Shown here: positions 40,474 to 53,892 of the stretch, piece after piece
How the letters are laid out: each line of letters starts with the position of its first letter
How positions within the stretch are numbered: the first letter of the stretch is position 1
Source: Octopus sinensis
Lineage: Eukaryota
Direction: 5' to 3'
Assembly (NCBI RefSeq): GCF_006345805.1
Contig: NC_043012.1
Location: forward strand, 8,990,001 to 9,054,000
Length of the DNA stretch: 64,000 nt
The notes under the pieces: model-generated
Told to the model about the DNA's origin: nothing
Databases searched by the model: none
The model's input: the letters and a program-made list of their open reading frames with translations, nothing else
Made by a program: the position numbers and the translations under genes

Positions 40474-41000
40474 TACTAATACGTACTAATACATACTAAT
40501 ACACACTAATACATACACCAACCCTATACATACACACGTCCAGACATCTCATACGCACTAATATTCTCTCATACACACACACACACACACACCCTTATAC
40601 ATACTAATACATACTAATACATACACCAACCCTATACATACACACGTCCAGACCTTCATACGCACTAATACTCTCTCATACACACACACACACACACACC
40701 CTTATGTTGGAGCTGGTCACTCAACCCTATTATCTCCCCTAATTTCGATCTCGCGTCTCATGTTTGATCTTTGACTTCTGGCCGAAATCAGATCGCCATG
40801 TTGGTTCGTTAGTTACTGCACGCATTTTTTTCTCTCCTTCTTTCTGTGTTTTTTTCTCTCGGTGTATCTTTCTGTTGAAGAGCGTAGGCTCGAAACGTTA
40901 AAGACTTGTTTTATTTATATTTCCTGAGCGCCATACTAATACAATTGTTTGTTTGTTTCCCACCTGCCTTCGTCTTTTGTCTATTTTCATAAGCTTCCCG

Positions 41001-41002
<2 letters not shown>
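40474..41002 (+). mobile_element. Longest copy of HHR-bearing element P1 in (TA)n, with a ~110-bp tandem duplication at its 5' side
   Basis: Shared with the 3371 and 55374 copies. All three end at ..TTCCCGTT|(AT)n. Confidence 0.8.
40867..40904 (+). ncRNA. Minimal hammerhead-like motif with a variant core
   Basis: TCTTT-CTGTTGA-A-GAGC-GTAG-GCTC-GAAAC-GTT-AAAGA. The core has an A6>U change and stem III is the palindrome AACGTT. Confidence 0.6.
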
Positions 41003-41049
<47 letters not shown>

Positions 41050-41264
41050 ATGTATGTATAAATATATTTGTGCGTGCGTTTTTGTGTTTAATCCCATCAC
41101 TTGACAACCAGCGTTGGTTTGTTTACGTCTTCGTGGTCCTACAAAAAAGAACCTGATAGAATAAGTACCAGATTTATAATGAAATGTGCTTTAGATTCAC
41201 CCTTTAAGGTAGTGCGATAGCATGGCCGAAGTAAAAGAATAAAAGAAAATAATATATATGTATA

Positions 41265-41306
<42 letters not shown>

Positions 41307-41337
41307 ACACATGTGTGCTCATATATGTATATATAAA

Positions 41338-42381
41338 TACTACCAAACGCACCTGTTCTTTGGACGTTTTCAGTTGCTTTGGTGATATTTTTTCACCAAA
41401 TAAATGAACTACTGAGAAGGTTTATGAGCAGTACGGCAATCTATATTTCCGATTAACCAAGGAACGGAAAACCAAATTGAAGGCTGGTTATTGTGGAGAT
41501 CGTTTCACTTTAATGGATCATAGGACATATAAGTTTCCAAGAGATGCAAAATAGAGTTACTGAAGTGTTTTGGGAGTAGATTACGGATAATGACTACAAA
41601 ATATAATTGTTTTACATGAAAACGAAATTTCTTGTGATTGTTTAAAAAGGCTTGAACGACAATGCTAAAACGTATTTGAAACAATGGACAACAGTCGAAA
41701 CATTATAATGGATGGGTAAATAAGCATCCTTAAAGCAAAATAACGCATTGGTAGGTAAACAAAGGCATCAATAAATAGAAGAGAGGGAAGGGAGAATCAT
41801 CTTTCAAGTAACTCAAGATAGATAAAGGTAAGCATGCCAAAGTTTAATGCAGTTTAAATATGGAGATTAAGATTGTTTAGTATTGGACATTCATCGCGTA
41901 CAGTGTTCCCAGTCAATTTAATCACTGTCGCAGGTGGATAGTCGAAATAAATAGACAAAATCCTTTCACTTTTATAATAATCGCTAACCAAAATACTCAA
42001 TACACACCAATACATATATAAAAATATAGAAAGTAATAATACAAAATTACAACATATAAATAAATAATAAATACATAAATGTGAAAACCACTAAAAAATA
42101 TTCTCTAATGCCAATGCACGACCAAATAGATTTAAAAATTATGGAAGACTCTACATACATAAAAACTATGTAGATACAATGAATTAGAAAAAAAAACGTG
42201 TAAACCACCGTTTTTCCATGTTGGTCCATTTATGTGGGAGCCCTGGGTAAAATGTTATAGTGCATGACCATCTTTGGGACATAAGTAATGTGTGTGTAAA
42301 GTTTGGTGAAAAACGGTTGAGAATTGTGGAAATGCATGCGCTATCAATATACACACACATACTGTAATTTATATATACTAG
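41338..42381 (-). mobile_element. Putative non-autonomous Helitron/HINE-like element
   Basis: One terminus reads ..AAGTTTGGTGAAAAACGGTTGAGAATTGTGG..ACACACAT..TTTATATATACTAGAT, typical of this class. The other end is degenerate. Confidence 0.5.
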
Positions 42382-43712
42382 ATATATATATATGTTTGCA
42401 TATACTCATGTATGTATGTATGTATGTATGTATGCATGCATGCATGCATGTTCGTATGTATGTATATATGAATGCATATTAATATTTACATATGTATCTA
42501 ATAATACATACATAGACGCATACAGTTACATATTACACACACGGATACTTACATCTGTACACGTGACACATCTTGAACGAAACATAAAATAACGAGAAAA
42601 TCTAATTAGTTTCCGTTAATTGGTAAATCGTGAAGAGATTAATTTAGTAATTATCCAATAGTGACGATATTAACATTGACTGAAAAAAGATTTAGAATAT
42701 TTTAAAGGACCGAATTTGACAATTCTTAGCACAGCAATTATAGTCGGATTTAGTTACATAATTAAAGAAAATAGACGATAGAAGGAAGAGAAGAAAATGA
42801 AGAATAAGAGAGAGAGAGAGAGAGAGAGGAAGAGGTAGAAAGAGGGGGAGAGGGAAAGAGAGAAAGAGAGAGACAGGGAAAGAGAGAGAAAGGAGAGATA
42901 TAAATTAAATACGAAAGTAAAAGAAAACAGATAAAGAGATAGTTAAATTATTAGCTGGATTTTATATCCTTAAAAAAATAATAAATCTAATTTTATTTTA
43001 ATCAAATTGAAGATTGTGGTTTAAATTTTCGAATTATTATGATTAAACACGATGAATCATATAATGCTTCGCATAATGAATTGAGTAAGCAATGAGGTTT
43101 CAATATCCGCTGGAAGTAATTTCACACAGGGAAAGCAAAGATTTCGCTATGCATAATTTAGTCTTCTCTAAATCCTTGTGTCAAGCCGGAGTAATTTCTT
43201 TGGAATCAGTCGTCCTATGTCTTTAAGAGATATGTTTCAGGTGAACCGAATCTAGGATCGATCGTTGAATGTCGAGTGTTAGATAATCAGTCATGCGAAA
43301 AGATATAAACTTAATTAGAAAATAGGAATCGCTTGAAATACTGCATGTAAAACTATGTAAAACACTTTATAAAAATAAAAAAAAATACATTATAACAAAA
43401 TTATGTGAAATAGGTTATAACAAGTTATATTGAAATACTTTATGCGAAGCTTAACTAAAATTCTCTATAACAAAACTTTGGCGAAACACGTTTATAATAT
43501 GATATCTAGAACTATTGCATAACAAAACTAACAAAATTAACCGAAATAATTTATCACAAAACTGTTACAACGAACTTTCTTGAAATACTTTGTAACAAAA
43601 CTGAATCCTTATAACCACATAACTTCCGCTTCCGTTTGCAACTTCTCTTTCTCGCTCCCTATGTATATATGTATGTATGTATGTATGTTTGTATGTATGT
43701 ATGTATGCATGG

Positions 43713-43743
<31 letters not shown>

Positions 43744-44377
43744 TGTATGTATGTATGGCGGTTGCTAGTACACTGCCGGCATGTTCCGAAACCCCTTCGG
43801 TTGGAATTGTGCCACCAGAGGGGGGGGGGATTTGAGGACTCTCCCTATGTGGAGGAGGAATTTTGTAGTCCTGTTCCACAAGGGAGGGGAAATCCCCAAA
43901 AAATGATAAAAAAGTTTAATAAAAAAAGGTCGAAGGGAAAGGATTCTTACCTGTACCAAGAACCATGACTGGCCTCTGCAGGTAGCTGCGGAGGTCGTGT
44001 GGGAAACAAATTTGTTCGAGGTACTGGATTCCTTCCCCCGAAGACATATTCCGCTTCATACTGAAGCACCTCAAACTAGCACCACCGACGTGCTTGAGTG
44101 AAGCATTGAGCCTGGTCGGGTGACGGCAGGGAGGAAAAAATTAAGAGGCTTAGTGCCTCGTTTTGTGTTTCAAAATGAAGGCAAGAGGTTTAATACCTAG
44201 TATTGTTTTTACTGTGTAGAAAAAAAGAAAAAAGAATAATGTCTTTGAGAAGCAAAAGATCGGTGGGCATCTTTTGTCTTCTCCCATCAATATCATCCTT
44301 TTCATCACTCATCTCATCAATGTTTTTGTCCAGCCCGCAAGCTACTCCCTCTGTGTTATGCCTTTATGACAAAATAT

Positions 44378-44612
44378 GTTTCTTTATTACTTACAAGGGG
44401 CTAAACATAGAGGGGGGGGGACAAACAAGGTCAGACAAACGGATTAAGTCGATTACATCGACCCCAGTGCGTAACTGCTACTTAATTTATCGACCCCGAA
44501 AGGATGAAAGGCAAAGTCGACCTCGGCGGAATTTGAACTGAGGACGTAACGGCAGACGAAATACGGTTAAGCATTTCGCCCGGCGTGCTAACGTTTCTGC
44601 CAGCTCACCGCC
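44378..44612 (-). mobile_element. SINE D, full length
   Basis: Flanking repeat GCCTTTATGACAAAATA at 44360-44376 and 44610-44626. Confidence 0.92.
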
Positions 44613-44626
44613 TTTATGACAAAATA

Positions 44627-46635
44627 ATGTATGTATGTATGCACGTATGTATGTATGTATGTATGTATGTATGTATGTATGTATGTATGTATGTATGTAT
44701 GCATGTATGCATGTATGTATGTATGTATGTATGTATGTATGTATGCATGTATGTATGTATGTATGTATGTATGTATGTATGCATGTATGTATGTGTGTGT
44801 GTGTGTGTATGTATGTATGTAGGTAGGTAGGTAGGTAGGTAGGTATGTATGTATGTATGTATGTATGTATGCATGTATGTATGTGTGTGTGTGTGTGTAT
44901 GTATGTATGTAGGTAGGTAGGTAGGTAGGTATGTATGTATGTATGTATGTAATGTATGCATGTATGTATGTATGCATGTATGTATGTATGCATGTATGTA
45001 TGTATGCATGTATGTATGTATGTATGTATGTATGTATGCATGTATGCATGTATGCATGTATGTATGTATGCATGTATGTATGTATGTATGTATGTATGTA
45101 TGCATGTATGTATGAATGTATGTATGTATGTATGTATGTATGTATGCATGTATGTATGTATGTATGCATGTATGTATGTATGTATGTATGTATGTATGTA
45201 TGTATGTATGTATGCATGTATGTATGTATGTATGTATGTATGTATGCATGTATGTATGTATGCATGTATGTATGTATGTATGCATGTATGTATGTATGTA
45301 TGCATGTATGTATGTATGTATGTATGTATGTATGCATGTATGCATGTATGTATGTATGTATGCATGTATGTATGTATGCATGTATGTATGTATGCATGTA
45401 TGTATGTATGTATGTATGTATGTATGTATGTTTGTATGTGCATGTATGTATGTATGCATGTATGTATGTATGTATGTATGCATGTATGTATGTATGCATG
45501 TATGTATTTGTATGTATGTATGTATGTATGTATGTATGCATGTATGTATGTATGCATGTATGTATGTATGTATGTTATGCATGTATGTATGTATGTATGG
45601 CATGTATGTATGTATGCATGTATGTGTATGTATGTATGCATGTATGTATGTATGCATGTATGTATGTATGTATGTATGCATGTATGTATGTATGCATGTA
45701 TGTATGTATGTATGTATGTATGTATGTATGTATGTATGTATGTATGCATGTATGTATGTATGTATGCATGTATGTATGTATGCATGTATGTATGTATGTA
45801 TGTATGTATGTATGTATGTATGCATGTATGTATGTATGTATGTATGCATGTATGTATGCATGTATGTATTATGTATGTATGTATGTATGTATGTATGTAT
45901 GCATGTATGTATGTATGCATGTATGTATGTATGTATGCATGTATGTATGTATGTATGCATGTATGTATGTATGCATGTATGTATGTATGTATGTATGTAG
46001 TATGCATGTATGTATGTATGCATGTAGTATGTATGTATGTATGTATGTATGCAGTATGTATGTTGCATGTATGTATGTATGTATGTATGTATGTATGCAT
46101 GTATGTATGTATGCATGTATGTATGCATGTATGTATGTATGTATGTATGTATGTATGTATGTATGCATGTATGTATGTATGTATGTATGTATGCATGTAT
46201 GTATGTATGTATGTATGTATGTATGCATGTATGTATGTATGTATGTATGTATGCATGTATGTATGTATGCATGTATGTATGCATGTATGTATGTATGTAT
46301 GCATGTATGTATGTATGCATGTATGTATGTATGCAGTATGTATGTATGTATGTATGTATGTATGTATGTATTATGCATGTATGTATGTATGGATTATGCA
46401 TGCATGTTTATGCATGCATGTATGTATGCATGCATGTATGTATGTATTTGTATGTATGTATGTATGTATGTATGCATGCATGTAGTATGTATGTATGTAT
46501 GAGTTGTATGTATGTATGTATGTATGCATGTATGTATGTATGTATGTATGTATGTAAGTATGTATGTATGTATGTATGTATGTATGTCTGTATGTATGTA
46601 TATATGTATGTATGTATGCATGCATGCATGCATGT
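44627..46635. repeat. 2-kb (ATGT)n/(ATGC) microsatellite
   Basis: Read directly. It is the source of the 500-600 aa YIHT/VCMY ORFs. Confidence 0.97.
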
Positions 46636-46636
46636 A

Positions 46637-47499
46637 CGAGATGGTACCATAAGGTTCCCGGACAAGTTATGCTTAATACAAAATAAATCACGTCAGCTAG
46701 TTATGCTTAATAAAAAATAACTTACCTTAGTTTTAACATCGTTACCTTCGAAATAGTCACCTCGCACAACAATACACCAGTCCCAGAATTCCTGTCACTT
46801 TTGGAATCCGGCCTGGAAATTGTTTTTCGTAAGCGAGTCGAGGACCTTCAGCGATTCGCTTTTGATCTCAACAATGGCGTTAAAACGGCGACTTTTGAGC
46901 TGCATTTTCATCTTGGGAAAGAGATGGAAGTCCGCAGGGGCCAAATCTGGTGAATAGAGTGGATGTGGAAGCGGTTCTACGTTGTTTTTGGCGAGAAACT
47001 CACGAGTGCAGAGAGCTCGGTGAAGAATTCATTTCTCCGCGTTCCAAAGACCCTGTCTCTTTCGCCAAATGTCCTCCCTCATACGCTTCAAAATGTTGCA
47101 GTAGAACCTCTGATTGACGGCCTGGTGCTGGGGGACGAATTCTCGATGCACAACACCACATTTCCGAGGTGACACTTGTGATAGATCTTTCAGAAACATT
47201 GCGTACGACCCATTGCCTCGTCGTCGTAAGCTTGCCGAAGCATGCTAAATGTCTCTCTAGCAGACTTTTAAAGTTTAACGCAAAATTTCACAATGGCTCT
47301 TTATTCCTGACCATGACAAAATCGCTGGCTACAGCAAACACATGTTCGCCAAAACGCAAAATTCACAACTTGCAAAGTAAACACAGTGATGTCACTCGGC
47401 AGACTGTCTCATGAATTTCACTGCTTACGCACGCAGTCGTACGCTACCATCTGTTGGCGCGCTGTAGAACTAGTCCGGGAACTTTTTGATATCAATTCG
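46637..47499 (-). mobile_element. Internally deleted mariner with both TIRs and TA TSDs
   Basis: TA|CGAGATGGTACCATAAGGTTCCCGGAC ... GTCCGGGAACTTTTTGATATCAATTCG|TA. The minus strand reads RAIVKFCVKL.KSARETF.., VHREFVP..VNQRFY.. and LPHPLYSPDLAPADFHLFPKMK..GDYFEG. Confidence 0.9.
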
Positions 47500-47725
47500 T
47501 ATGTATGTACACACAAACACACACATTTCTCATCACGCTTGTTAAAGACAAAAAAACCAGTTCCGAAAATAAAAGAATCTTCTTTTAACAAGTAGATTTG
47601 GTATAAAATGGAAAGAAAATGATGAATCTCTGTTTTATAAATTTTTCGTAAGAAAACTTACTAATGAGTATTTGGCTTTCTCTATTAAATTTTAGTAAGT
47701 TACTTTCTTCGTAATAAGAACTGCC

Positions 47726-47818
<93 letters not shown>

Positions 47819-49192
47819 GACCTTTCGACATCGCGCGTTCGGTCCGTCAGGGATGCCCCCTCTCGTCGCTTCTATACGTATTGACTCTCGAGCCATTATT
47901 GCGGAAGCTGGCAACTCTGAGGGGCATCCCGCGAGAACTGGTATGCGGGACGAGCGTGTCTGCATACGCGGACGACGTCACCGTCATAGTGTCTAGCCAC
48001 ATCGAGCAGGTCGGCGAGACACTGAAAAACTACGAAGCGGTGACAGGAGCGAAAATCAACCGGGAAAAATCAGTGGGCTTGCGACTAGGCTCCTGGAGAA
48101 GCAAGCCCATGCCGTCCACCAGCGCCTCCGTCGTGGGACGCTGGACCGACGGTCCGGTCGAGTTGCTCGGGGTCTGGTTTGGTCCGGACCTCCAAATGGA
48201 GAAGAACTGGAACGAGATAACGAGTAGGGTGGTCACTCTCGCCCGGCAATGGGCCGAGAGGAAACTGTCCCTAAAAGGTCGGGCGGAGGTGGCGAACTCG
48301 TACATCGCGTCCGTCATTTACTACCGCCTGACCGTCGTGCCTTGTCCCGACCCTACCATCACCAAACTAGAACGCATTCTCTTTCGTTTCTTGTGGAAAG
48401 GATGCGTGCAGAACGGTTTCGTTCTGCACGCACTCGTGCAGTGTCCAACAATTTCCAACCTGCGGGCTTATGTCGAACAACTGCTGTCACGTGTGGGACG
48501 AGTCGGTTTATCAGCCGAATCTATCGCCAATATTGTCACGCCTCCTTCCTTCAAACGGGAAGGAAGAGCTATTTTCATCATCCTTGTGGCTATGGCGAAA
48601 GAATGTATCTGGTGGACGCGTCTGAAAGGATTGGAGACAAACACTTTCCTCTCTGGTCAATCTCTCATCAACTTCTTCAAGTACCACTTGAAAAGGAAAG
48701 TGAGAGTAGAGAGGCAAGTTTTGTCTAGCGAATGTTTTTAAAAAAAGATAGGTGTATGTAGCAAGGATGGCACGTATGAATGACGAAGCCACCTTGAGCA
48801 TAATCCTATGAACCCAGAAATTGAAAACAGAGGGTTACCCACTGGCAAACAAATGTGGTAACATGCAACAATATTGACCGAGGTTACCGTGGTCTTTTCC
48901 GTAGGCTTTTCTTCCCACGGATAAACCTTATCTGCTTCCCCCTTTACACTGTACATCATGACACTGTGATACACGATCCCTATTGATCGTTTTTTCTTTT
49001 TTTCTTTTTCCTTTCTTTTTTTCTTTTCTTTTGTTTCTTTTCCTTTTTTCTTTTCTTTTTCTTCTTCTTTCCCTCTTACGATCGCTTTTGATCGAAAACC
49101 TACTCCACTTTTTTTTTCTCCAAAAAAAAAGAAAAGCTCTACTTTGTAATCTGTCCCGTCTGTGTGCAGCCCTGTGTGGCTAATAAAGAAAC
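47819..49192 (+). mobile_element. 5'-truncated Tx1/L1-clade LINE inserted in (CTAT)n; RT ORF 47881-48741 with an in-frame internal deletion
   Basis: SVRQGCPLSSLLYVLTLEPLL..SAYADDVTV..GAKINREKS..LLGVWFG..LSLKGRAEVAN..RFLWKG then jumps to HALVQCP. T-rich 3' UTR, AATAAA, then CTAT repeats resume. Confidence 0.9.
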
Positions 49193-49503
49193 ATATCTGT
49201 CTATCTATAAATGTTTTTAGTTCGATCTTTCACTCAATACATCTTCTCTCTCGCTTGTGCTCTTCGTCTCTATGGACACAGGCAGACAGACAGACAGACA
49301 GACCGACACACACACACACACATTTCTTAACACGATCGTTAAAAACATTAAGCTTCTACTTTTGATAATAAACTTGTTTTTAAAAAAGAAATAGCTTACA
49401 AGTTACGAAAAAAAATTAATCTCTATTCTTACCTGCCTCTCTCTTCCTCTCTTTCGCTCTCTTTTTCTTTGTATGTATAACGACACATGCGTACACACGT
49501 ACA

Positions 49504-49537
<34 letters not shown>

Positions 49538-49619
49538 GGTATGTATGTATGTATGTTTGTCTGTGTGTATGTATTTATTTTACATATATATATGTAAAAA
49601 ATATATATATATATTTTAC

Positions 49620-49669
<50 letters not shown>

Positions 49670-50054
49670 GTATGTATGTATGTATGTATGTATGTGTGTC
49701 TGTGTGTATGTATTTATTTTACATATGAGCCGAAAGAAAAAGCAGTGCTTGTGACCTTTCACAGGACCTTCAAGGATAGTGGAACGGAAGGAAGAATGGA
49801 GGAAGGTACCCTCGTACCGGAGAGCTGCACTGAATGCTTGCAACAGAGTGGAATTTCTTAAAAGCACCGAAGATGTCAGGTAGTCATGTTAAACCGAGCG
49901 AACAACAGTATTACCACCCACCCCCCTCCCTTTCTTTCTATGTGTAATGATGTATGTCTGTCTGTACACGCATACACCGTAAATATACATACAAATATAA
50001 CAACAGTATTATCTCTGTATTTGTCTGCATGTTTCTCTGTCTATCTCAGTATTT

Positions 50055-50211
50055 ATGTATGTATGTATGTATGTATGTATGTATGTATGTATGCGTGTAT
50101 GTATGTATGTATGTATGTATGTATGTATGTATGTATGTATGAATGTATATATGTGTGTGTATGTATGTATGTATGTATGTGTGTGTGTGTATGTATGTAT
50201 GTATGTATCTA

Positions 50212-50242
<31 letters not shown>

Positions 50243-50677
50243 ATGTGTGTATGTATGTATGTATGTATGTATGTGTATGTATGTATGTGTGTGTGTATGT
50301 ATGTGTGTGTATGTATGTATGTATGTATGTATTTGTGTGTGTGTATGTATGTATGCATGTATGTATTTATGTATGTATGTATGCATGTATGTATGTATGT
50401 ATGTATGTATGTATATGTATGTATGTATGTATGTATGTATATATGTGTGTGTGTGTATGTATGTATGTATGTATGTGTGTATGTATGTATGTATGTATGT
50501 ATGTGTATGTATGTATGTGTGTGTGTATGTATGTGTGTGTATGTATGTATGTATGTATGTATTTGTGTGTGTGTATGTATGTATGTATGTATGTATGTAT
50601 GTGTACGTATGCATGTATGTATGTATGTATGTATGTATGCATGCATGTATGTATGTGTATGTATGTATGTATGTATG
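50055..50677. repeat. (ATGT)/(GT) compound microsatellite
   Basis: Read directly from the sequence. Confidence 0.95.
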
Positions 50678-51293
50678 GTACCCACGTATTTCTCAACAGG
50701 ATCATTAAAGACATCTAATTAACTTATAAAGTTACCAATTTTGAAAATAAGAAATTTCTCGTTTCAAAAGAAGTAACTTATTACAACATAACATCGGAAG
50801 AAAAAAATAGGAGTTTATTACAAAATGGTTATTACAAAACGAAAAGAAGATGATGAATTTCCATCCTTCAAATTCGCCTAATGAAAACTTACAAATAAAT
50901 ATTAGTTACTCTTTGATGAATTGTAAAATTTTTCAGCAATAAAAATGCCATCTCTCCTCCATCTCTCTGTCTCTGTCTGTCTGTCTGTCTGCCAGCATGT
51001 CTGTCTCTCTCTCTATCTCTATCTGTCCATCACTGTTTCTACCTCGATGTTTTGCCCAATATACAAATAAAATAGGCGACTCGCAGGCATTGCTCATCTT
51101 AGGTTCCTGCATGCATTCACTTCAGAAAAAATTGTATGATAATTTTCTTTCACCCATTTTTGTTTTTCTCAACAACTGTTTCACGATGTAAACATAGTAT
51201 TTTACTCTTAAAATAAAGGAGATTCAACAACACAACGGGGCTATAGTAGAAGACACTTGCCCAAGGTGCCACGCAGTGGGACTGAACCCAGAA

Positions 51294-51591
51294 CCATGTG
51301 GTTGGTAAAAAAGCTACTTACCACACAGCCACTCCTGCGCCTATACTTTATTCTTTCTTGCATATATACTTATATTTCAATGTTTTCGGGTGTTAGAAAG
51401 TAATTCAGAAAAATTTGATCCGAGCTATTTCGAGGTGATTTTGTTATGAATACCCACTGTATGACTTATTGTCTTATGCCCGGAATAAGCAAAACTGTGC
51501 GTCATTGAAATATAAGTTTAAATGCAAGAAAGAATAAAGTATAGGCGCAGGAGTGGCTGGGTGGTAAGTATCCTTTTTACCAACCACATGG
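51294..51591. repeat. ~89-bp inverted duplication of a SINE A head plus its unique flank
   Basis: 51294-51382 versus 51503-51591. Confidence 0.88.
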
Positions 51592-51764
51592 CTCTACCGC
51601 AATGTATCATCAGATGAAAGGATGAGCCTATATGAGCAGACGACTATCTTAATAGAAACTGATGGATAAAGAAATCTTACGTAATTACTATTTAACCTTG
51701 GAATGCATCGCCCATATTCAAAGAACCTTCTTGGTTTAGTGGTATGGAACGTTTTCTTGTATTT

Positions 51765-51965
51765 TTTTATTCTTTTACTTGTTTCAGTCATTTGATGGTG
51801 GCCATGCTAGAGCACCACCCTTTAGTCGGAGAACGTGACCCCTGGACTTATTCCCTGTAAGCCTGAAGCTTATTCTATCAGTTTCTTCTGCCGAACAGCT
51901 AAATTACTGAGACGTAAACGCGCCAACATCGGTGTGAAGCAATGGTGGTGGTGGTGGGACAAACA
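51765..51965 (-). mobile_element. SINE A 3' part, diverged
   Basis: Similarity to the family A tail. Confidence 0.75.
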
Positions 51966-52449
51966 CATACACACACACACACGCACACACATACATACAT
52001 AGATACATACATACATACCATACATACATACATAACATCATACATACATACATACATACATACATACATACACATACATACATACTACACACACACATAC
52101 ATACCACATACTACATCCATACGTACATACATCATACATACACACACCACACACATACACCTGCATCATACATACATACATACATGCATACATACATACA
52201 TACCACACATACATACACACACACACAACATACATACATACATACATACATGATGGGCTTGGAGGTGGTGGTGGTGATGCTGGCTGGTGCGATTTTGTGG
52301 TTTGCTGGTATGCCGAGAGAGATCCAGCGCACAAGCATATACATATATATATACATACACATACACAAACACATACCTAGAGAGAGAGGCAAACAGACAG
52401 ACAGTGTCAGATAGTCCACAATGAAGTTTTCACCTCTCTCTCTCTCTGA

Positions 52450-52620
52450 CGCCGGGCAAAATGGTTAGTGACATTTAGTCCGTTTTTACGTTCTAAGTTA
52501 AAATTTCGCCGAGGTCGTTTTGCTTTTCATCCTTTCCGGTTCGATAAAATATGTACCAGTTGAATACTGGGGTCGATGTAATCGACTCACCCTACCCCAC
52601 CAAATTGCAAAATTTGAAGC
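52450..52620 (+). mobile_element. SINE D, diverged
   Basis: Similarity to the family. Confidence 0.75.
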
Positions 52621-53027
52621 CATTATTACCTAAGGCTGATGTATAGTTTTCAGTCATGCTTGTTTGTTTGTCCGTGACAGATATCTCAAGAACCGCTCGA
52701 TGGATTCGGATGAAACTATCAGGGATGTTTGGCCTCGTGACAGGGACGAACTAGTCTGGTAACGAACAAGGATTATGGATTATCTGTTATATTTACTTTA
52801 CTTTACATGATTACGATCTTACGCTGACTTTCAAGTCTTTCTGAATTATTTCCCTTTAGGCTGTTTCCAAAGTTTAATTTCTGTTTCTCTATTAATAATT
52901 TTACTCACGTCTCTATTTTAATAGAAACAGATGGATAAAGAAATCATACTACATAAACAAACGGCAGCAAAATCGTTCAGAAATTGAATAACACTAACAT
53001 ATTTATATAATATATATATATTATATA

Positions 53028-53340
53028 TGGAGGCGCAATGGCCTAGTGGTTAGGGCAGCGGACTCGCGGTCGCAGGATCGCGGTTTCGATTCCCAGACCG
53101 GGCGTTGTGTGTGTTTATTGAGCGAAAAAAACACCTAAAAAGCTCCACGAGGCTCCGGCAGGGGGTGGTGATCCCTGCTGTACTCTTTCACCACTCTTTC
53201 TCCCACACTTTTTCTTCTTTTTGGCCTGCTCGCTTAGCCAGCGGGGTGGCGTCATTCGAAGGCGAAAACAATGCGAACGCATTGTGACCAGCGATGTGTA
53301 ACAACATCTGATGGTCTGGTCGGTCACGTGATCACGTGAT
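53028..53340 (+). mobile_element. SINE B head with tail T3, in (TA)n
   Basis: B head to ~53215, then a distinct tail ending GGTCACGTGATCACGTGAT. Confidence 0.85.
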
Positions 53341-53584
53341 ATATTATATATCATACATATAAACATTTTACAATATACTAACATATATACATACATCTAT
53401 ACGTCGATCTAAAACAACCGAAATACTAAGGGAAGGCCGGAATTTAAGAGAAGAGAAAACGAAAAGGTCTCATTGAATTCATTTAAAAAATCCTGAGTAG
53501 AACTTATTATTACCTCCGCCTTTGATACTATTTTGAATGGTGAGTTGATTAACTTTGGCTTGTTTTAGATAAGGATAAACTGTT

Positions 53585-53892
53585 TGTTTTGTTCCTTCTC
53601 GAGCCACGCTTGGCTCATAAGGGCCGGTTTCCCGGTTTCCTTGGCGTACAGGTTCCCCACCTGGATGGGACGCCGGTCCGTCGCAGGTGAGCTAGCTGCA
53701 AGATGCAGGAGGAAAGAGTGAGAGAAAGTTGTGGCGAAAGAGTCACCAGAAGTTCGCCATTACCTTCTGCCGGAGCCGCGTGGAGCTTAGGTGTTTCGCT
53801 CATAAACACACACATCGTCTGGTCTGAGATTCGAACCCACGATCCTTCGACCGCGTGTCCGCTGCTCTAACCACTCGGCCATGTACCTCCAC
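53585..53892 (-). mobile_element. SINE B-like head with a family C-type tail (T4)
   Basis: TSD AAGGATAAACT(G/A)TT at 53571 and 53893. The tail CTGCGACGGACCGGCGTCCCATCCAGG..GAAACCGGGAAACCGGCCCTTATGAG is shared with 39100-39175. Confidence 0.85.

Noticed and set aside
44487-46720. ORFs of 200-605 aa (YIHT/VCMY repeats)
   Set aside because: Translations of (ATGT)n, which has no stop codon in most frames. The same applies to the 2855-3476, 16330-16812, 29831-32315 and 49886-50722 ORFs.
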